The notes below the pieces were generated by a model that made no database searches, had not been told where the DNA came from, and saw only the letters and a list, made by a program, of their open reading frames with translations. A stretch of DNA of 64,000 bases from Podarcis cretensis. Lineage: Eukaryota. Below are positions 45,035-59,200 of the stretch, piece by piece. Location of the stretch: assembly GCA_951804945.1 (NCBI GenBank), contig OX638165.1:15438001-15502000 (forward strand). Reading direction: 5' to 3'. Made by a program: the position numbers and the translations under genes. Positions within the stretch are counted from its first letter, which is position 1. Every line of letters starts with the position of its first letter.

Positions 45035-46829
45035 TCAAGGCAGAGGTCCTGATGTGCAGTACAACTGAGCCAAAGTCTTGCTCAAGGCAGGGCCCAAGTT
45101 CCTGAAGCAAAAGAGGAAGGAAGAGAGCAAAAGGACAGAGGTTAGGAGAGCCAACAACAGGACAATTGTCAAGGCAACGGGGCTCTCCGAGGTTCAGGCT
45201 ACAGGGTTGGACCCTCAGGGTGTGGTTAAGACCGACCGGCCCCTCCCTCGGTACTTTTTCTGGCCTCGTTTCCCAAAATCCCACAGTGAAAAACCCGTTC
45301 TAGGCTGCTGACTCTCTTCTCTGCTAGATCTCTGTCCGTTGCCTGAGCTCCCAAACCCACATCCTGTGTGGTTCTTGCACAAGATGCCTTTTGCACGCCG
45401 AAGCTCCAGGCCTGGGGAGGGGAGGGGAAACATGCAGCTCTGTTGCTCACCTCTGCAGTTTGCCGCATTTGACATCGCTCAGCAGCTGCTCTTGGCACTG
45501 TGGCGTTGGGCAAGAGGCGTAAGCAGCCAGGAGGCTGAAGGGAAAGAGAGAAAGCGGGAGAAGGGGGTCATGGATGGCAAACCGAAACCCATTCAGATGG
45601 CTTACAGCAGGGATGGGGAACTTGAGGGCCTCTGGATGGTGCTGGACTACAACTCCCACCACCCCTCATGACTGGTCATGTTGGCTGGGGCTGATGGGAG
45701 GTGGAGTCTAACAGCCTTTGTATGCCCTGCCTCAGAGCGAGGAAACCTGCCTTGTGCTAGGCCAGGCTTATTTTGTCCTGCTCTGATTGGCAGAAGCTTT
45801 CCAGGGTCTCAGGAGGTAAGAGGTACTTCCCCAACCCCTGCCACCTGAATCTGGGGGAGGGGGGACACGAAAGAGGTACACAGAAGTATGCATGGATAGG
45901 GGGAATGCCTCTCTTGTAATACAGTGGTACCTCTGGTTAAGAACTTAATTTGTTCTGGAGCTCTGTTCTTAACCTGAAGCACCACTTTAGCTAATGGGGC
46001 CTCCTGCTGCCGCCGCGCCGCTGGAGCACAATTTCTGCTCTCATCCTGAAGCAAAGTTCTTAACCCGAGGTAGTATTTCTGGGTTAGCAGAGTCTGTAAC
46101 CTGAAGCGTATGTAACCTGAAGTGTCTGTAACCCAAAGTACCACTGTACTAGGGATCAGCCCAGCTGCATTGTGGGAGATTCAGGAATGGCAAAAGAAAG
46201 GCTTTCTTTACGCAGTGCATAGTTCAACTGTGGAACCGGCTCCCACAAGAAGTAGTGATGGCCACCCCCTTGGATGGCATTAGATGGTAGGCTGCTTCAA
46301 GGAGGAGAAGGCTATCAATAGTTTTGAGTTGTAGCGGCTATATTGTACCCTCCAGGATCTGAGGCTTCTTTAGGGCTCCCCATTGGGGCATCTGGTGAGA
46401 ATAGGATGCTTGATGGGCCTTTGGGCTGACCCAGATGGGCTCCTAGGTTTCTATATTAAGCTAGGCCAGGGTTTCCCAAACTTGGGACTGTTAGACTACA
46501 ATTCCCACCATCCCTGACCACTGGACCTGCTAGCTGAGGATGATGGGAGTTGTAGTCCAGCTGGGGACCCACGTTTGGGAAATGCTGAGCTAGGCAATGC
46601 AGTCGAGGACAGCCTCCTCCACCACCCCAACCAGCCAATGACCTTGTGTCTTTCATAACCTGTCTCCGCACCTAGCTGGTGTTTTGTATCTCTCCAGGAT
46701 GGCAGCTGCCTTGTCTCCACTGATGCCGCTGATCTGCATGAGTTGCCGTGCAAAGACCTCACTCACTGTTTGGGCCTGGGAGAGGGAGGGGTAAGAGAGT
46801 TGATAATAATAGTAATAGTAATAGTAGTA

Positions 46830-46865
<36 letters not shown>

Positions 46866-47179
46866 ACAGTAATTTTATTATTTATACCCCGCCCATCTGG
46901 CTGGGTTTCCCTAGCCACTCTGCGCGGCTCCCAACAGAATATTAAAAACACAATAAAACATCAAACATTAAGAACTTCCCTAAACAGGGCTGCCTTCAGA
47001 TGTCTTCTAAAAGTCAGGTGATAGTTTATTTCCTTGACATCTGATGGGAAGCCACTACCGAGAAGGCCCTCTGCCTGGTTCCCTGTAACCTCCCTTCTCA
47101 GAGGGAACTGCCAGAAGGTCCTTGGAGCTGGACCTCAGTGTCTGGGCTGATCAAGAAAGGCGCCCCCTACCTTCAATTT

Positions 47180-47218
<39 letters not shown>

Positions 47219-50200
47219 GTTAAAAGAAGAAAGAAAGCAAGAGAGAAAAGGGAAGAATAGCAAGCACCCTTTCAGGATTGTTGGCGGCGCAAACAAGAGA
47301 GAACTTTGCAAATCAAACCTGCGAGGGGAGACACGGCAGTGGCTTTAACCACATGAGGAGTCATAGGATTGCAGAGTTGGGAGGGGGCATGGGGATCATC
47401 TAGTCCAACCCCCTGCAGTGCAGGAATCTTTTGCCCTAACGTGGGGCTCGAACCCACAGCCCTGAGATTAAGAGTCTCGTGCTCTGCCGACTGAGCTATC
47501 ATTGAAGTATGTGGAGTACATTAGAAACTACCTTGTTCTTCACGGCCCCTTCGTTAAACTCAGCAAAGGTCAGAAGCCGGCAGGAGCCAGCGCTGGGCTG
47601 CAGAGGGCGCTCCTGCTCCAGTTCCTCCTTGGTACAGCTCAGAAGGGTTTTGTCCTAGGGAAGACAAAGGAGGAACAGTCCTTAGCAGCTACAGGGCTCA
47701 CAACCTCGTTCTCCTCCACTCTCCCCTTTCAGACTCACAGCACCACCTTTTCCTCCTTCTCCCTGCCTCCAGCGCCCTCGTATGGATGGCCAGCTTTTTC
47801 ATTATAAACTCGCTGAACATTTGTTTCAGTCCTGGAAAACCCAAGTAAGCTCAAGCGAGCAAAGAACTTCTATTTCATTCACGCGACAGCTAAATGGGCT
47901 TGCCTGCTGAAGTTGTCGCTGGATTAAAAGGAACAGAGAAATCTCTGTTTTACTGAGTCACATCAATGGTCCTCTTAGCCCTACGTTGTCTACAAACTTG
48001 GGTTGCCTGCTGTTTTTGGACTATAGCTCCCATCATCCTTGACCACTGCTCCTGCTAGCTAGGGATGATGGGAGTTGTAGTCCAAAAACAGCAGGCAACC
48101 CAAGTTTGGAAAAGCCTGCCTACACCAACCTTGGACTTACAACTCCCATCATCCCTGGCTAGCAGGCCCAGTGATCAGGGATGATGGGAGTTGTAGTCCA
48201 AAAAATATCTGGGGGCCCAAAGTTTACACCAGCAGCAGTGGATTTTCAGGGTTTAAGGCAGGGTGCTCTCTCGACCTGGGACCTTCTCCATGCAAATAAT
48301 GTCCTCTGTCAATAAACTATGAGGGTTTCAGACAGGTCTTCCTTTCCCAGCCCTACCCAGAGATGCTGGCGACTGAACCTGGGGACATCTGTGTGCAAAG
48401 CTGATGCTCGACCACTGAGCTATGACCCTTCCTTGAAAGAAACCTTAATATGACGAGGTTTCACCAGTTAACTGAATCTCTGTAGAACAGATCAATCATT
48501 CTAAAAGGGGTGGTGCTGGACAAACCAGCCTCATCTTTGCTTCCTGGTGATGCACAAGTACATGTGGAGGCCGATGCTCCCTCCCAAAAGAGGTACAACC
48601 TACCTGTGTGATTCCAAACGCTTGCATTTTAAAAAATCTGACCATTAACTGAGTGGAGGTTGTTGTTTTTAACTGCCACTCAGAAAGGTATTTAAAAGCA
48701 ATTAATATAACCTTAGCCGATTTAACATTGCGCCCCGATTATCTGTATGCTGGAGGCTAGGCCTAGGCCTGGATAAATAAGAACCAATCACAACAATAAA
48801 CCAGTAATAGTAAGTGTTCCTGAGCAGATGCAGAGTGCTGCGAACACAGCACTAAGTAACTCCCAACCAGTCTTGGCACATCTTGGGAGAAAAGAAGCAG
48901 GGCAAGAGCTTAAGTCAAATCTTTTAAAACCAAAGGATAAAAATACACAGAAGAGGCAGGCAGTTACAGCAGAGAAACAAACTAAATGTGCCACTCTCCT
49001 GGGTGAGCAGCGACCCCCCCCCATTTCACCCCGCTCCAAACTCGCCTCGTACAGTCTGGTCAGCTGACGCGTCATCAGGGTCAAATACGCTGCGGATTCC
49101 CGTAGGTCCCGAGTGCGTTTAACGAAGAAGCCATCCACCACCTGGGAAAGACAACGGTTATCTTTTAAAAATAAAATAAAAATAAAAATCAATTTTTATT
49201 TGTTTTCACAATCCAGTAAAATAGTATCTATAACAGAGAGAATTGAAAAGACAAGAAAGAAAGCAAAAAAGGAAAGAAGGGGGGGGGGAGAACAAAGGGG
49301 TAAGAAATGTTAGAAAACTTCTGGTTTTCCGTCTGCCAGTTACATTAAAGGTAAAGGTAAAGGACCCCTGACAGTTAAGTCCAGTCACAGAAGACTCTGG
49401 GGTTGCAGCGCTCATCTCGCTTTATTGGCCGAAGGAGCCGGCCTACAGCTTCCGGGTCATGTGGCCAGCATGACTAAGCGAATCAGAGCAGCTCATGGAA
49501 ACGCCGTTTACCTTCCTGCCAGAGCGGTACCTATTTATCTACTTGCACTTTGACTTGCACTTTCGCACTGCTAGGTTGGCAGGAGCAGGGACCGAGCAAC
49601 GGGAGCTCACCCCGTCACGGGGATTCGAACTGCTGACCTTCTGATCGGCAAGCCCTAGGCTCAGTGGTTTAGATCACAGCGCCACCCACGCCCTGGCCAG
49701 TAACATTAGAAAAGGGTTATTTGAGACATTTGGTCCATCCTCTCTGCTTTCTGTTAAACCATATTGGAAAGACAACGGTTATCACGGCTGCTGGAAGCTG
49801 CCAGTCCCCTTCCCAGGTGCAGGCAGCTAAAGCCTTCCCTAACCCCCCAAATATGCAACCCTGAAGCGGTTGCCATGGCAGGGGACAAGTTAGGGGTGGA
49901 GGCAGGATCCAGGGTGGCTGAGTGCTGGCAGAGCCTGGGGGAAGCATGCACAGCGGCAGCCCTACCTGGGCTTGAGGTAATACAGCCAGGTAGACTGAAG
50001 TACCGACTCTCCTGGGGAGCCCCTACCTGGGTGTTGGTCATCGCTTGCTGGAGAGTCTTTTCGGGCAAGCTGAGGTGTTGTGCGGAGCCCGATTCTTCCA
50101 CCAGGTAGATGGGGTGAGAAATGCCACATTGCCGCAGACGGAACTAGGAAGAAGTGAGCAGTTAGTTATGAGCTGGGGGTGCTGCAGGTGTGGGAGTGGA

Positions 50201-53044
50201 GAAGCCTTCAGAGCTCTCCAATTGCATGCTCTCTCTCTCACACACACAAAACGACTGCTTTCCAGGGCTCTCGACACATGCTCAGAGGAACTCTGCAATC
50301 ACTTTCTGAAATGTTGCAGAGTGGCAGAGAGGGAGGGAAGGGAAGCAGGGCATCTCCCTCTTGCTCTGCTGAGCAACCAGCTCCCTTGGGCTCTCCTCCT
50401 CCCTAAGTGCCACTGAGCAATGGCCGTTCCATCAGGCTGTGGAGCAGAGAAGGCAAGCAGGACTATTCCTTCAGCTGAGAGGGAACAGCTACTGCCTGTG
50501 GCTCTCATCGCGGTCACTGAGCCACGACCATTGCATCAGACTGCCTGATCCCAGTCCCTTCCCTTCACGGGGCTCCAGGCGACTACTCTCCCCACCCAGA
50601 CACAGCGCAGCACCTTCTGCTCACGAAAGCGGCCGTCAATGATGCTGCTGCACAGGTCCGGCATCCGTTTCCGTTCTACCACGTAGTCCAGCACCAGCTC
50701 CGGAGCAGCAGGTGGCTGTGGCTGTCCTGGAAAACGAAAGAAGGGGGAGGAGGGCGATTGTTTAAAAGAACGTCAATTTAGCCTCAACCTGGTGAACCAA
50801 GGGAGAGATACAACCAGAGCCCCCTCCCACAGCGCCAATCAGCCAGCAACGCCCACCAGAGGAATACAGGGCTCTCCAGGACTTCAGGCTCCCTACTTGA
50901 AGAATGGTGCAAAGTGAATGTGGGCCCCCCCCTGCAAGCAAGGAAGATCCTCTGTCCCCGAGCCACAGCCTTTTTCCGAAGCAATGGCTGAGTTACTCAA
51001 GCTCATCTTGCTGGGGGGGGGGGGGCGGGTTTGGATGATGAGATGACCCTCAGGTTCTGCGATTCAACGGAAGGCAACTTTCTAGACTTTAAAGCTTTTT
51101 CAAAATGGGTAATGCCCAGAGGCTCCAGCTTGGGCCCAAGACTGAGGGGGCCCCAGTGTCACATGACGTGTCTTGTGACGTCACATGCATGACATGCATC
51201 GTGCGCACATCGTCGAGAGGGGGCCAAGGGCCTGGCCCAGTGCCACTCGGCACCAATGGCTGCAGCTCCTCCACTCTCATGCTCAGGAGGAGCCTGTCAC
51301 TGATGCTGCACCGTGTTTGGCCAAGGAATTGGCGCCGATGCTAATGCCCATCTTAGCCTCTGGCAGTAGAAGGAAAGGGTAGGTAGGTGGAACTGTAATG
51401 ATCAGAGGACTGTCACCCCCTTCCCTGCCTCTGTCCTTTCACCACCTGCCCCTTAGCTCCTGAGAAGAGGTGTGGAACTGCAGAGGGAGCGCTGAGAGGC
51501 CTACATGGTCGCATGGATGGAGTTGGAAGGGGACCAGAGCAATTCCTCCCCTTCCCGCATCCTTGGTGCAGTTTTAGGTAATTGAAAAGGTGTTCAAGGT
51601 ACCAGACCCTGTTTTCCTAAAGAAGTCATCACAGGGAAGCAAGGGCACCAGGGCACAAACCTCCCTGGGTGACCCTGGCAGAGTCACTGCCTCTCAGGCT
51701 AACCTACCTCACAGGGTTATATGCGGAGGGGAGAGAACCATGTACGTCAGCTTGAGCTTCTTGGAGGAAAAAGGGGGCACATAAATGTAAAAAAATAGAT
51801 AAACTGACGCGGGCTATCAGTGAAGTGGCAGGTTCAGAGGGAAGGCAAAATCCTGACACGCTTTTCCAATGGACCCTCCTATTGCACGGCCCAAACCACC
51901 CGCCACACTCACCTGCTGCAGGTAAGACTCTCTCCCTGGCCACCCAGAGGAAGTCCCCGATGTGAAGCTTCCGGATGCTGAAGGGTACATTGTGGCGCTG
52001 GAGCTCACTCACCAAATCTTGCTTCCGGGACGTGGGGCCACTAAAGGGGAAATAGGGGGGGGGGGAGGGAGAGCAGCTCTTTAGAGCACATTTACACTGC
52101 CAACAACAACAGCAACAAATCAGAGAAGTGGCTATCCTGAGATGATAATTCTGGTTTCAACTGAACTCTTCCCTTTTAAAAAAATTACAGCTACATTTTA
52201 TTGTTTTTATCACAAAGGCACTACAAAATTGACGGACGTAACACAAGCCTATCTCGTCCTAATGATAAACGTAATTTGTTATCCAAAATATGATTTTATG
52301 ATCTACATAGGCAAGGAGACAGCTTCTACCGTCTTCATCTGCTCTGTCAAACGCTGGTTATTTGCTGGTTATTAAGATCCACTTTTGCAGCACCAGAAAC
52401 CCTCTGATTGGCACCTATACCTTGCATGGTTTCTAGAAGCTTCCTGACAGGCCCAGCGAGTCAGATCTGTATTTCCCAACACCCCCATGGGCCAACTTTG
52501 ACAGGTGGGCAGGACCACACACCTGCCAATCATCAGGTGACACTAGATGATGGATAGGTGGGTGGTCCTACCCACCTGTCTAAGTTGACCTGGGGAGGTG
52601 GAGTGGGGGCAAGAGTAGCCAAAGAAGCAGCACCAGGCAGGACTGATCTCTCACTCATCAGCTGATGAGCAAAGAGTTCAGCCCTGGTTCCTGCAGGGGA
52701 CTGAGCAGGATTTAACCCGCTGACCATCAGCTGACGGGGAGGAGATCTTGCTGCTTTGACTGTGGGTGGCAGTTATCAGAAAGGGAACCAAAGCATGTAA
52801 GCCCATGCAGAATCAAACCCCACCCATTAGCTGTCACCATCTGCCCACCAGAGTGACGGCTGATTGACAGATTGGCGTGGTTTGGGGAAATTAGCCTCAC
52901 AGGCCAGATTGGGCCATTTTTGCCAGTGGGCTGGGGGATGCCCACCCCTGCTGCTAGGCAGTCAAAGCATACTCCTGTCACGCAAACTCTTGGCCGGTTC
53001 CTCTGCCCCATCCCCTACATGTCAGAAACAGAGTCCCCACATCC

Positions 53045-53077
<33 letters not shown>

Positions 53078-53252
53078 CTTCACTCCTGCAGCTGCCACTC
53101 ACCCCGTGGTCTCAATGAAATCCACACAGAGGATAACATCAAAGTTCCCAGGGTGAAAAGAAAACTGGGGTTTTAAGAGCCCTGCTCTTGGCTCTCTGCA
53201 GCTTGACCTGGAAAACCAGCAAATTTATTTTGTTATTACATTTTAACGTGTG

Positions 53253-53293
<41 letters not shown>

Positions 53294-56200
53294 ATCTATC
53301 TATGCTTCCTACATAAAAATTCTCCTAGCAACTTACAGAACTTTATTTGTAGAGTTTATTTGCTGCCCTTCAGCTGAAAAGGCCCCCAAGGCAGCTCCCA
53401 AAGGTTCAAAAAGAGCTTTTTAAAAGATAACAAGTATAACAACAACAAAATACGCCAATACATTACAATTAAAAATGTAACAAAAACCCATATAACAAAT
53501 CCAGCAAAACAACAGCAGAAAAACCCTTTGACAGCAAAATCAACAAGTCATCCTAACGTGGGTTCACAAAATTAAAACAACAAAGCATTAAAAGTGCAAT
53601 ATTTAGCAGCTTACATTTTGTTCCTTCTAGCAGATGATGATACCATAAAATACAAATTATATAACCCAGCAAGATCCTATCTGGCGGAGTGAGCTGTGCA
53701 GGGAGTGGATTCCATGGTCCTGATAACAGAGACAGGTCTCTGCCTTTCCCTTCCTTCCTTCCTTGTTCCTTGGATGTGCTGCTGGCAAAGTGTGCTGGAG
53801 GACAGGGCTGGCATACCACCTGAAATTTTTGGGGCATGGGGCGGTGGTGCTAATTGGGAATCAAGAGGCAGCTCATGGGCAGAATTTGAAACAAAAGCAA
53901 ACATGCTTGGCCAGGACAGAGTGCAGCCTGCACACTAAGCCTCACCTGGGGCAGCTTCACTGCCTCTGCTACTCCCCTTCCCGAGAGCAGAAAAGTAGCT
54001 GCTCAGGAAGGAGGCTACTTACCTGGGCGAGGCATCCCTGTCCAAAGATTGCTCGCTTTCATCATCTCCCTCCAAAAGCAGCAAGGGGCCTCCAGCATCA
54101 GCTGCCTCAGCTGCCGGCGAGTTGGAGTCCTTCTCCTTTGGCTCATTCAAAGCTGCCAGTTCCCGGGCTAAGGTGAGCCCTGCGTCTGTCAGAGAATATC
54201 TGCCGGAGCAGAGGAGGGTGAGTCAAAATGGCCTCCACCCGGCCTCCCCAGCCTCTCTCCCATCTGGTTGATATTTCCAGAGTTAAAAGGCTGCAGCGCT
54301 TCAGCTTTCACTAGGCAGGTTCCCAATCCTAGGCAGGTTCATGCTAAAGATGGTCCCACCCGCTCTATACTTAACAGATCATTGGGCTGTGCAGGAGAAG
54401 GCCTCCTGCAGGTCCCCTCTGATGAGGAGGTTTGTTCCCCACAATGCAGGAATCGGGCCTTGAGTGTGGCAGCACCTCCTGCCTGGAACCCCTTCCCAAT
54501 GCAGATCAGACAGGTGATGTCTCTGTTATCCTTTTGGTCAGAGACAACAGCTGACACCACAGAACAAAGCAGGGCTTTCCACTGATGGGGCATGTAGGCA
54601 GCACAGTCCCTGCCCATTTCTCTCTCTGTGTGTGTTTTTGTGTGAAAGATGCCATCCCTTCTGGGACCCAAAGATCCTCCGCTTTCATCTTTCTCTTCTC
54701 TTAAAACTTTTGAGCACTTCATACAGTGCTCGGAGCCTGTAAGCCAGGCATAGGCAAACTCGGCCCTTCAGATGTTTTGGGACTACAACTCCCATCATCC
54801 CTAGCTAACAGGACCAGTGGTCAGGGATGATGGGAATTGTAGTCTCAAAACATCTGGAGGGCTGAGTTTGCCTATGCCTGCTGTAAGCAAATGTGTGGCT
54901 CATGTTAAAAGCTTGCACACCTCACTCCAATACAAGCTATGTGCTATCTATGGGTTCTCCCTTACCTCCCAGGTAAGGTGCAACATCCTTACCTGGCTGG
55001 GATATTGGTCTTGAGGACCAACTCCTTGCGAAGCAGAGTGCTGATTGCCGACCAGGCAGTGTTCTTACTCCCAGGATCAGCCTGTTGGGGGAAGCAGAAG
55101 CAGCAACAACAATATACATAATCTCAGGAGAGAAAGGAAGGCCGGGGAAGGCGACCTCAGGGCCTGCAGCAGCAGAACTTTCCCCTTCTTCCCACCAACC
55201 CACAAGGTGGGAGGGATCCTGATGCCTTTGAAGTGTTTTGCTGATTTTTTTTTAAAAATATATTCGAACATTTCTTGCAAACTGGTATCCGCATTATTGC
55301 GAGTGCAGGGTCATAAGGCAGACTAAGATATTCCGTAACCAGATTATCACTCCAATAGGGCTCCTCCAAATGGCCTGTTTATTGCGCATTCATTCTGATT
55401 TCCTTGTGTAAAACTGACATGGTGTTAAACTAGGCTCGGTCATAACTGAGAACTCATTCCTACCTCTTTGCGGAGAGGTTAAATGGCAATGGTCATTCGT
55501 CCTACCATATTTTTCGCTGTATAAGACGCACTTTTCCCCTCCTAAAAAGTAAGGGGAAATGTGTGTGCATCTTATGGAGCGAATGCAGGCTGCGCAGCTA
55601 TCCCAGAAGCCAGGAGAGTGAGAGGGATCGGTGTGCACTGATCCCGCTTGCTCTCCTGGCTTCAGCGATAGCCTCCCGAAGCCTCCTGAGCAGAGTGGGA
55701 GCGCTCCCGCTCTGCTCAGGAAGCTTTGCGTTGCTTTTGCTGAAGCCAGGAGAGCAAGAGGGATCGATCCCTCTTGCTTTCCTGGCTTCGCTGGAAAGCC
55801 ACTGTGCAGCTTTCCCTCTCTGCTCAGCGCCCCTTCAGCAAAGTGGGAGGAGAAATGGAAGGGGCTCCGCTTCTCCTGCCGCTTTGCTGAAGGGGCGCTG
55901 CGCAGAGAGGGAAAGCTGCCCAGTGCCCCTTCAGCAAAGCGGCAGGAGAAACAAAGCCCCTTCCATTTCTCCTCCCGCTTTGCTGGAGAGGTGCTGAGCA
56001 GAGAGGGAGAGAACATTTTTTTTCTTGTTTTCCTCCTCTAAAACTAGGTGCGTCTTATGGTCGGGTGCATCTTATAGAGCAAAAAATATGGTCATTTGCT
56101 TGCAGGGTTTTATACGTCTTCCCATTAACCGTTCATCCCTCCCCCATTTTTCCATGCATTTCCTCATCACTTTTCTAACCACAAAAGGTCAGCTTTTGAA

Positions 56201-59200
56201 TCTTAAAAGAGTGGATTGTTGTACGAGGGTGACAAAGGGTTCTAATCCATTTCAATTTCACAAACATAAACTTCTGGGACATGCTGGAATTCCTCCTGCA
56301 AAACAGTTAAGAGTCTGGAGGTATCCAAAGATTTTCTTAATTCATCAATCAATCTATATAAGTTTCTTGTTCTAGCCAAAGTGACAACAGTACCAATAAA
56401 ATAATACAGATCATACAGGAACTCACAAGAAAAAAAGATTTCTCACACAGTGGCTGAGCTGCTCTCTGTAATTCCGGCTTTGTCAGGAAACCCCGGGAGT
56501 GAGGATTCTGGAAGAAGGGTCAAAAAGGCAGGATAGATTTTACATTTCCTCCCAGGATTCCCACCTCTTAACACTGCCCCACCTTTGCTGACTTCTTAAA
56601 GAGGATTCCAAAACAAAAGCCACTCCCACAATCCTCCAATGTTCAGGTCTTCATCATGCACCTGGGGTTTCCCCGCAAGCCTTCTGGGAAAGGTGGGCTC
56701 TAGGTTCTCCCCCTCCCCAAATGTTATGTTTTTGAGCTTATTGTATTCTGCATCAGCTGTTATCTTACCACACTGTCCTGGTACAGAGCCACCAAAATGG
56801 CAAAGGCTCCAGAACGGGGATCTGGGAAGTACCTCCGGCCACGCTGGCGTGATACTGGTTGCTTCTTCTGAAAGGAAAACCAGGTGTGTCTTCTTCAGGG
56901 ACTCCACCAGTCTTAAGAACATATGAACACAAGGAAAAGCCCTGCTAGGTCAGGCCAGAAGGGGCCCATCTAGCCCAGCATCCTGTTCTCAGCAGTCATT
57001 CAGGTGCCTCAATAGGAAGGCCACAAGCAGGACCTGAGCGCAACAGCTTAGTTGGAAGAGCCGAGGCTGAGTGGGAGGGACTTTCCTAAGGCGGCGGGGG
57101 GGGGGGGGACGACGACTCTAGGCTTGGAGGCCAAATGTGACACTCCAGGTCTGTCTCTCTGGCCCTCAGGGTTCTCCCCAGGCCACACCCCTCCCCAGCC
57201 CAGCTGAAAACTTTGAGGTTTTCCCCCCTGGCCAGAATGTGGCCTTGAACTCTGATACTGTTTCTCGCTTGCCTAGATAAAAGATAGGGAGGTGTGGGGG
57301 GGTTATAAAAACTAGCCTTCTGTACAAAAGTAAAAATTATTTGTTGCTCCATCTACTTTCGCCTCTGGCCCCACCCACCACCAACATGTGCCCCCTGCCA
57401 GGTGGACCAGAAAGGAACCCGGCTCTCCATTGAAAAAGGTTCCCCATCACTAGCCCAAAGTGACTTGGTAAGCATGTGACAGAAGCAAGAGTTAAACCAG
57501 GGACTTCCTGATTCATAGCTAGTTCTCAATGCCCTTCTATGGGATAATAGTGGAAAATCGGGGTGGGAGGTGGGGGAACTGACCCAATACTGTTCCATGT
57601 TTTCATGAGCAAACCAGGCCGGCTACCTTCCCTGACTGCTACCCTGCCAGCCACAATGCCTCTTTTCAAAATTTGATGAAAGGTCTTTTATGTTGCAAGG
57701 CCTTTGACCATTCAGGGAGGAGCAGAGTGCGCGCTTTGTAGGAGAGCATTTTGGTGGGCAGGCTAAGAAGCGAAATGGATAAATGTGCTTTCGGCACCAT
57801 CCACTGGGAAAGCTGCCTGCCCCAGGACCCATGGAAATATGAAAGGTAGCTGTGCGTGGGCACTACATGATCCTCAGCCACACCTTTCAGAGGTGCGGCA
57901 TAGCAATGCGGCAATCAAACTTTTTTTGCGGGGGGCAGGACAGCAAAGAACCAGAAGGCAGTAGCTTTTAAAGCTTGCACCATGTGGTTTAAATTGCACA
58001 ACGCAAGCTGTCAAGTTACACAGGACTCCATTTCAGGCCAGTGTTCAAGCAAATGATGAATAGATGAATTTTTACTTCTTCTGGTTGACAGCAAGAATGG
58101 GTATTAATCCATGCATGAAGCTGTAGCCCAAGAGGGAGTGAGAAACTCAGGCTTGGAAGCCAAATGTGTTCCTCTGAGCCTCTCCCTAAGCGACACCCTA
58201 TTTATCTATCTATTTAGAAAATTTATATACTGTACTGCTGAATTATGACAGCATCTAAGGGGTGTGCAAGAAACTCACCAATACAGTAAGTAAATCAGAA
58301 TTCAGTCAAAATCCCAGCTGAAATGTCTTCAGTACATGCTGGACATTCAGCAGAGAGGGGGCCTGCCTGATCTCAAATGGGAGGGAAGTCCTCAAAATCT
58401 GAGTCACAATGCTGAATGTACAGCTCCTGGTGGATTTGAGGTGGGCATCCAAGCCATGCGGGGGGTGGGGGAGCACTAACAGTGACTCTACTGAAGACAT
58501 CAATGATGAGGAAGGGATCAAGCGGTCCTTAAGGTATCCTGGACCCCCTTGTAAATTAAAACCAGAACCATGGGTGCTTTAGTTTGGCTGGAATGTGTCT
58601 TTAAACTGTAATAATGTCTCTTACTTGCCTGGTGGAGGATGGAGAAGAGTGTGGGTGTATTTACAGTATATAGAAACCACTAACTTTTGCATGGTGAAAT
58701 GCAGCCTGCTGTACAAAGGTTAGGAGTGATGCCCATTTGTCCTCCCGCTTTTGACTCTAGCCCCACCCACTTGTGCCTCTGGCTGCACCTACCACTGCTG
58801 GTTGCCAAGGAGAGAAGGCTTGAAAAGGTTCCTCAACCCTTGTTCTAGTCTATGACCTGCACCATCATTCAATGACTGTTTGGCAGCCCATTCTGATGAT
58901 AATGCACATGTTGCATTCTCACCTTTAAGTGCTTGGCACAGGCACAGATGAGCAGACTTGGGTAATCTGCCAGCGCAGCAGTGGCTGGGACGATTCGTGG
59001 GGAAAGATCACAGCATCGTCACCCTACCCCAAATCCACTCAGCCCCACTCCAAGAGACGGGAAGAGGAAAAGAGGGAAAGTGGGCTGCCTCTTGAATTTA
59101 GGAGGAACCCGCCCAGGCAGAGAGAGTTGAGACATGGCCATACTAATAGTTCAATTGCTTGTAAGGGCAAGGTATTTACACGGACCTTTAAGCACTGTCC

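Noticed and set aside
47430-47500. tRNA-Lys gene (also at 38008)
   Set aside because: Degenerate acceptor stem, fused to a CR1-like tail; a SINE head rather than a tRNA gene
58923-59025. Possible extra MUS81 exon
   Set aside because: AG/GT-bounded but has stops in the compatible frames
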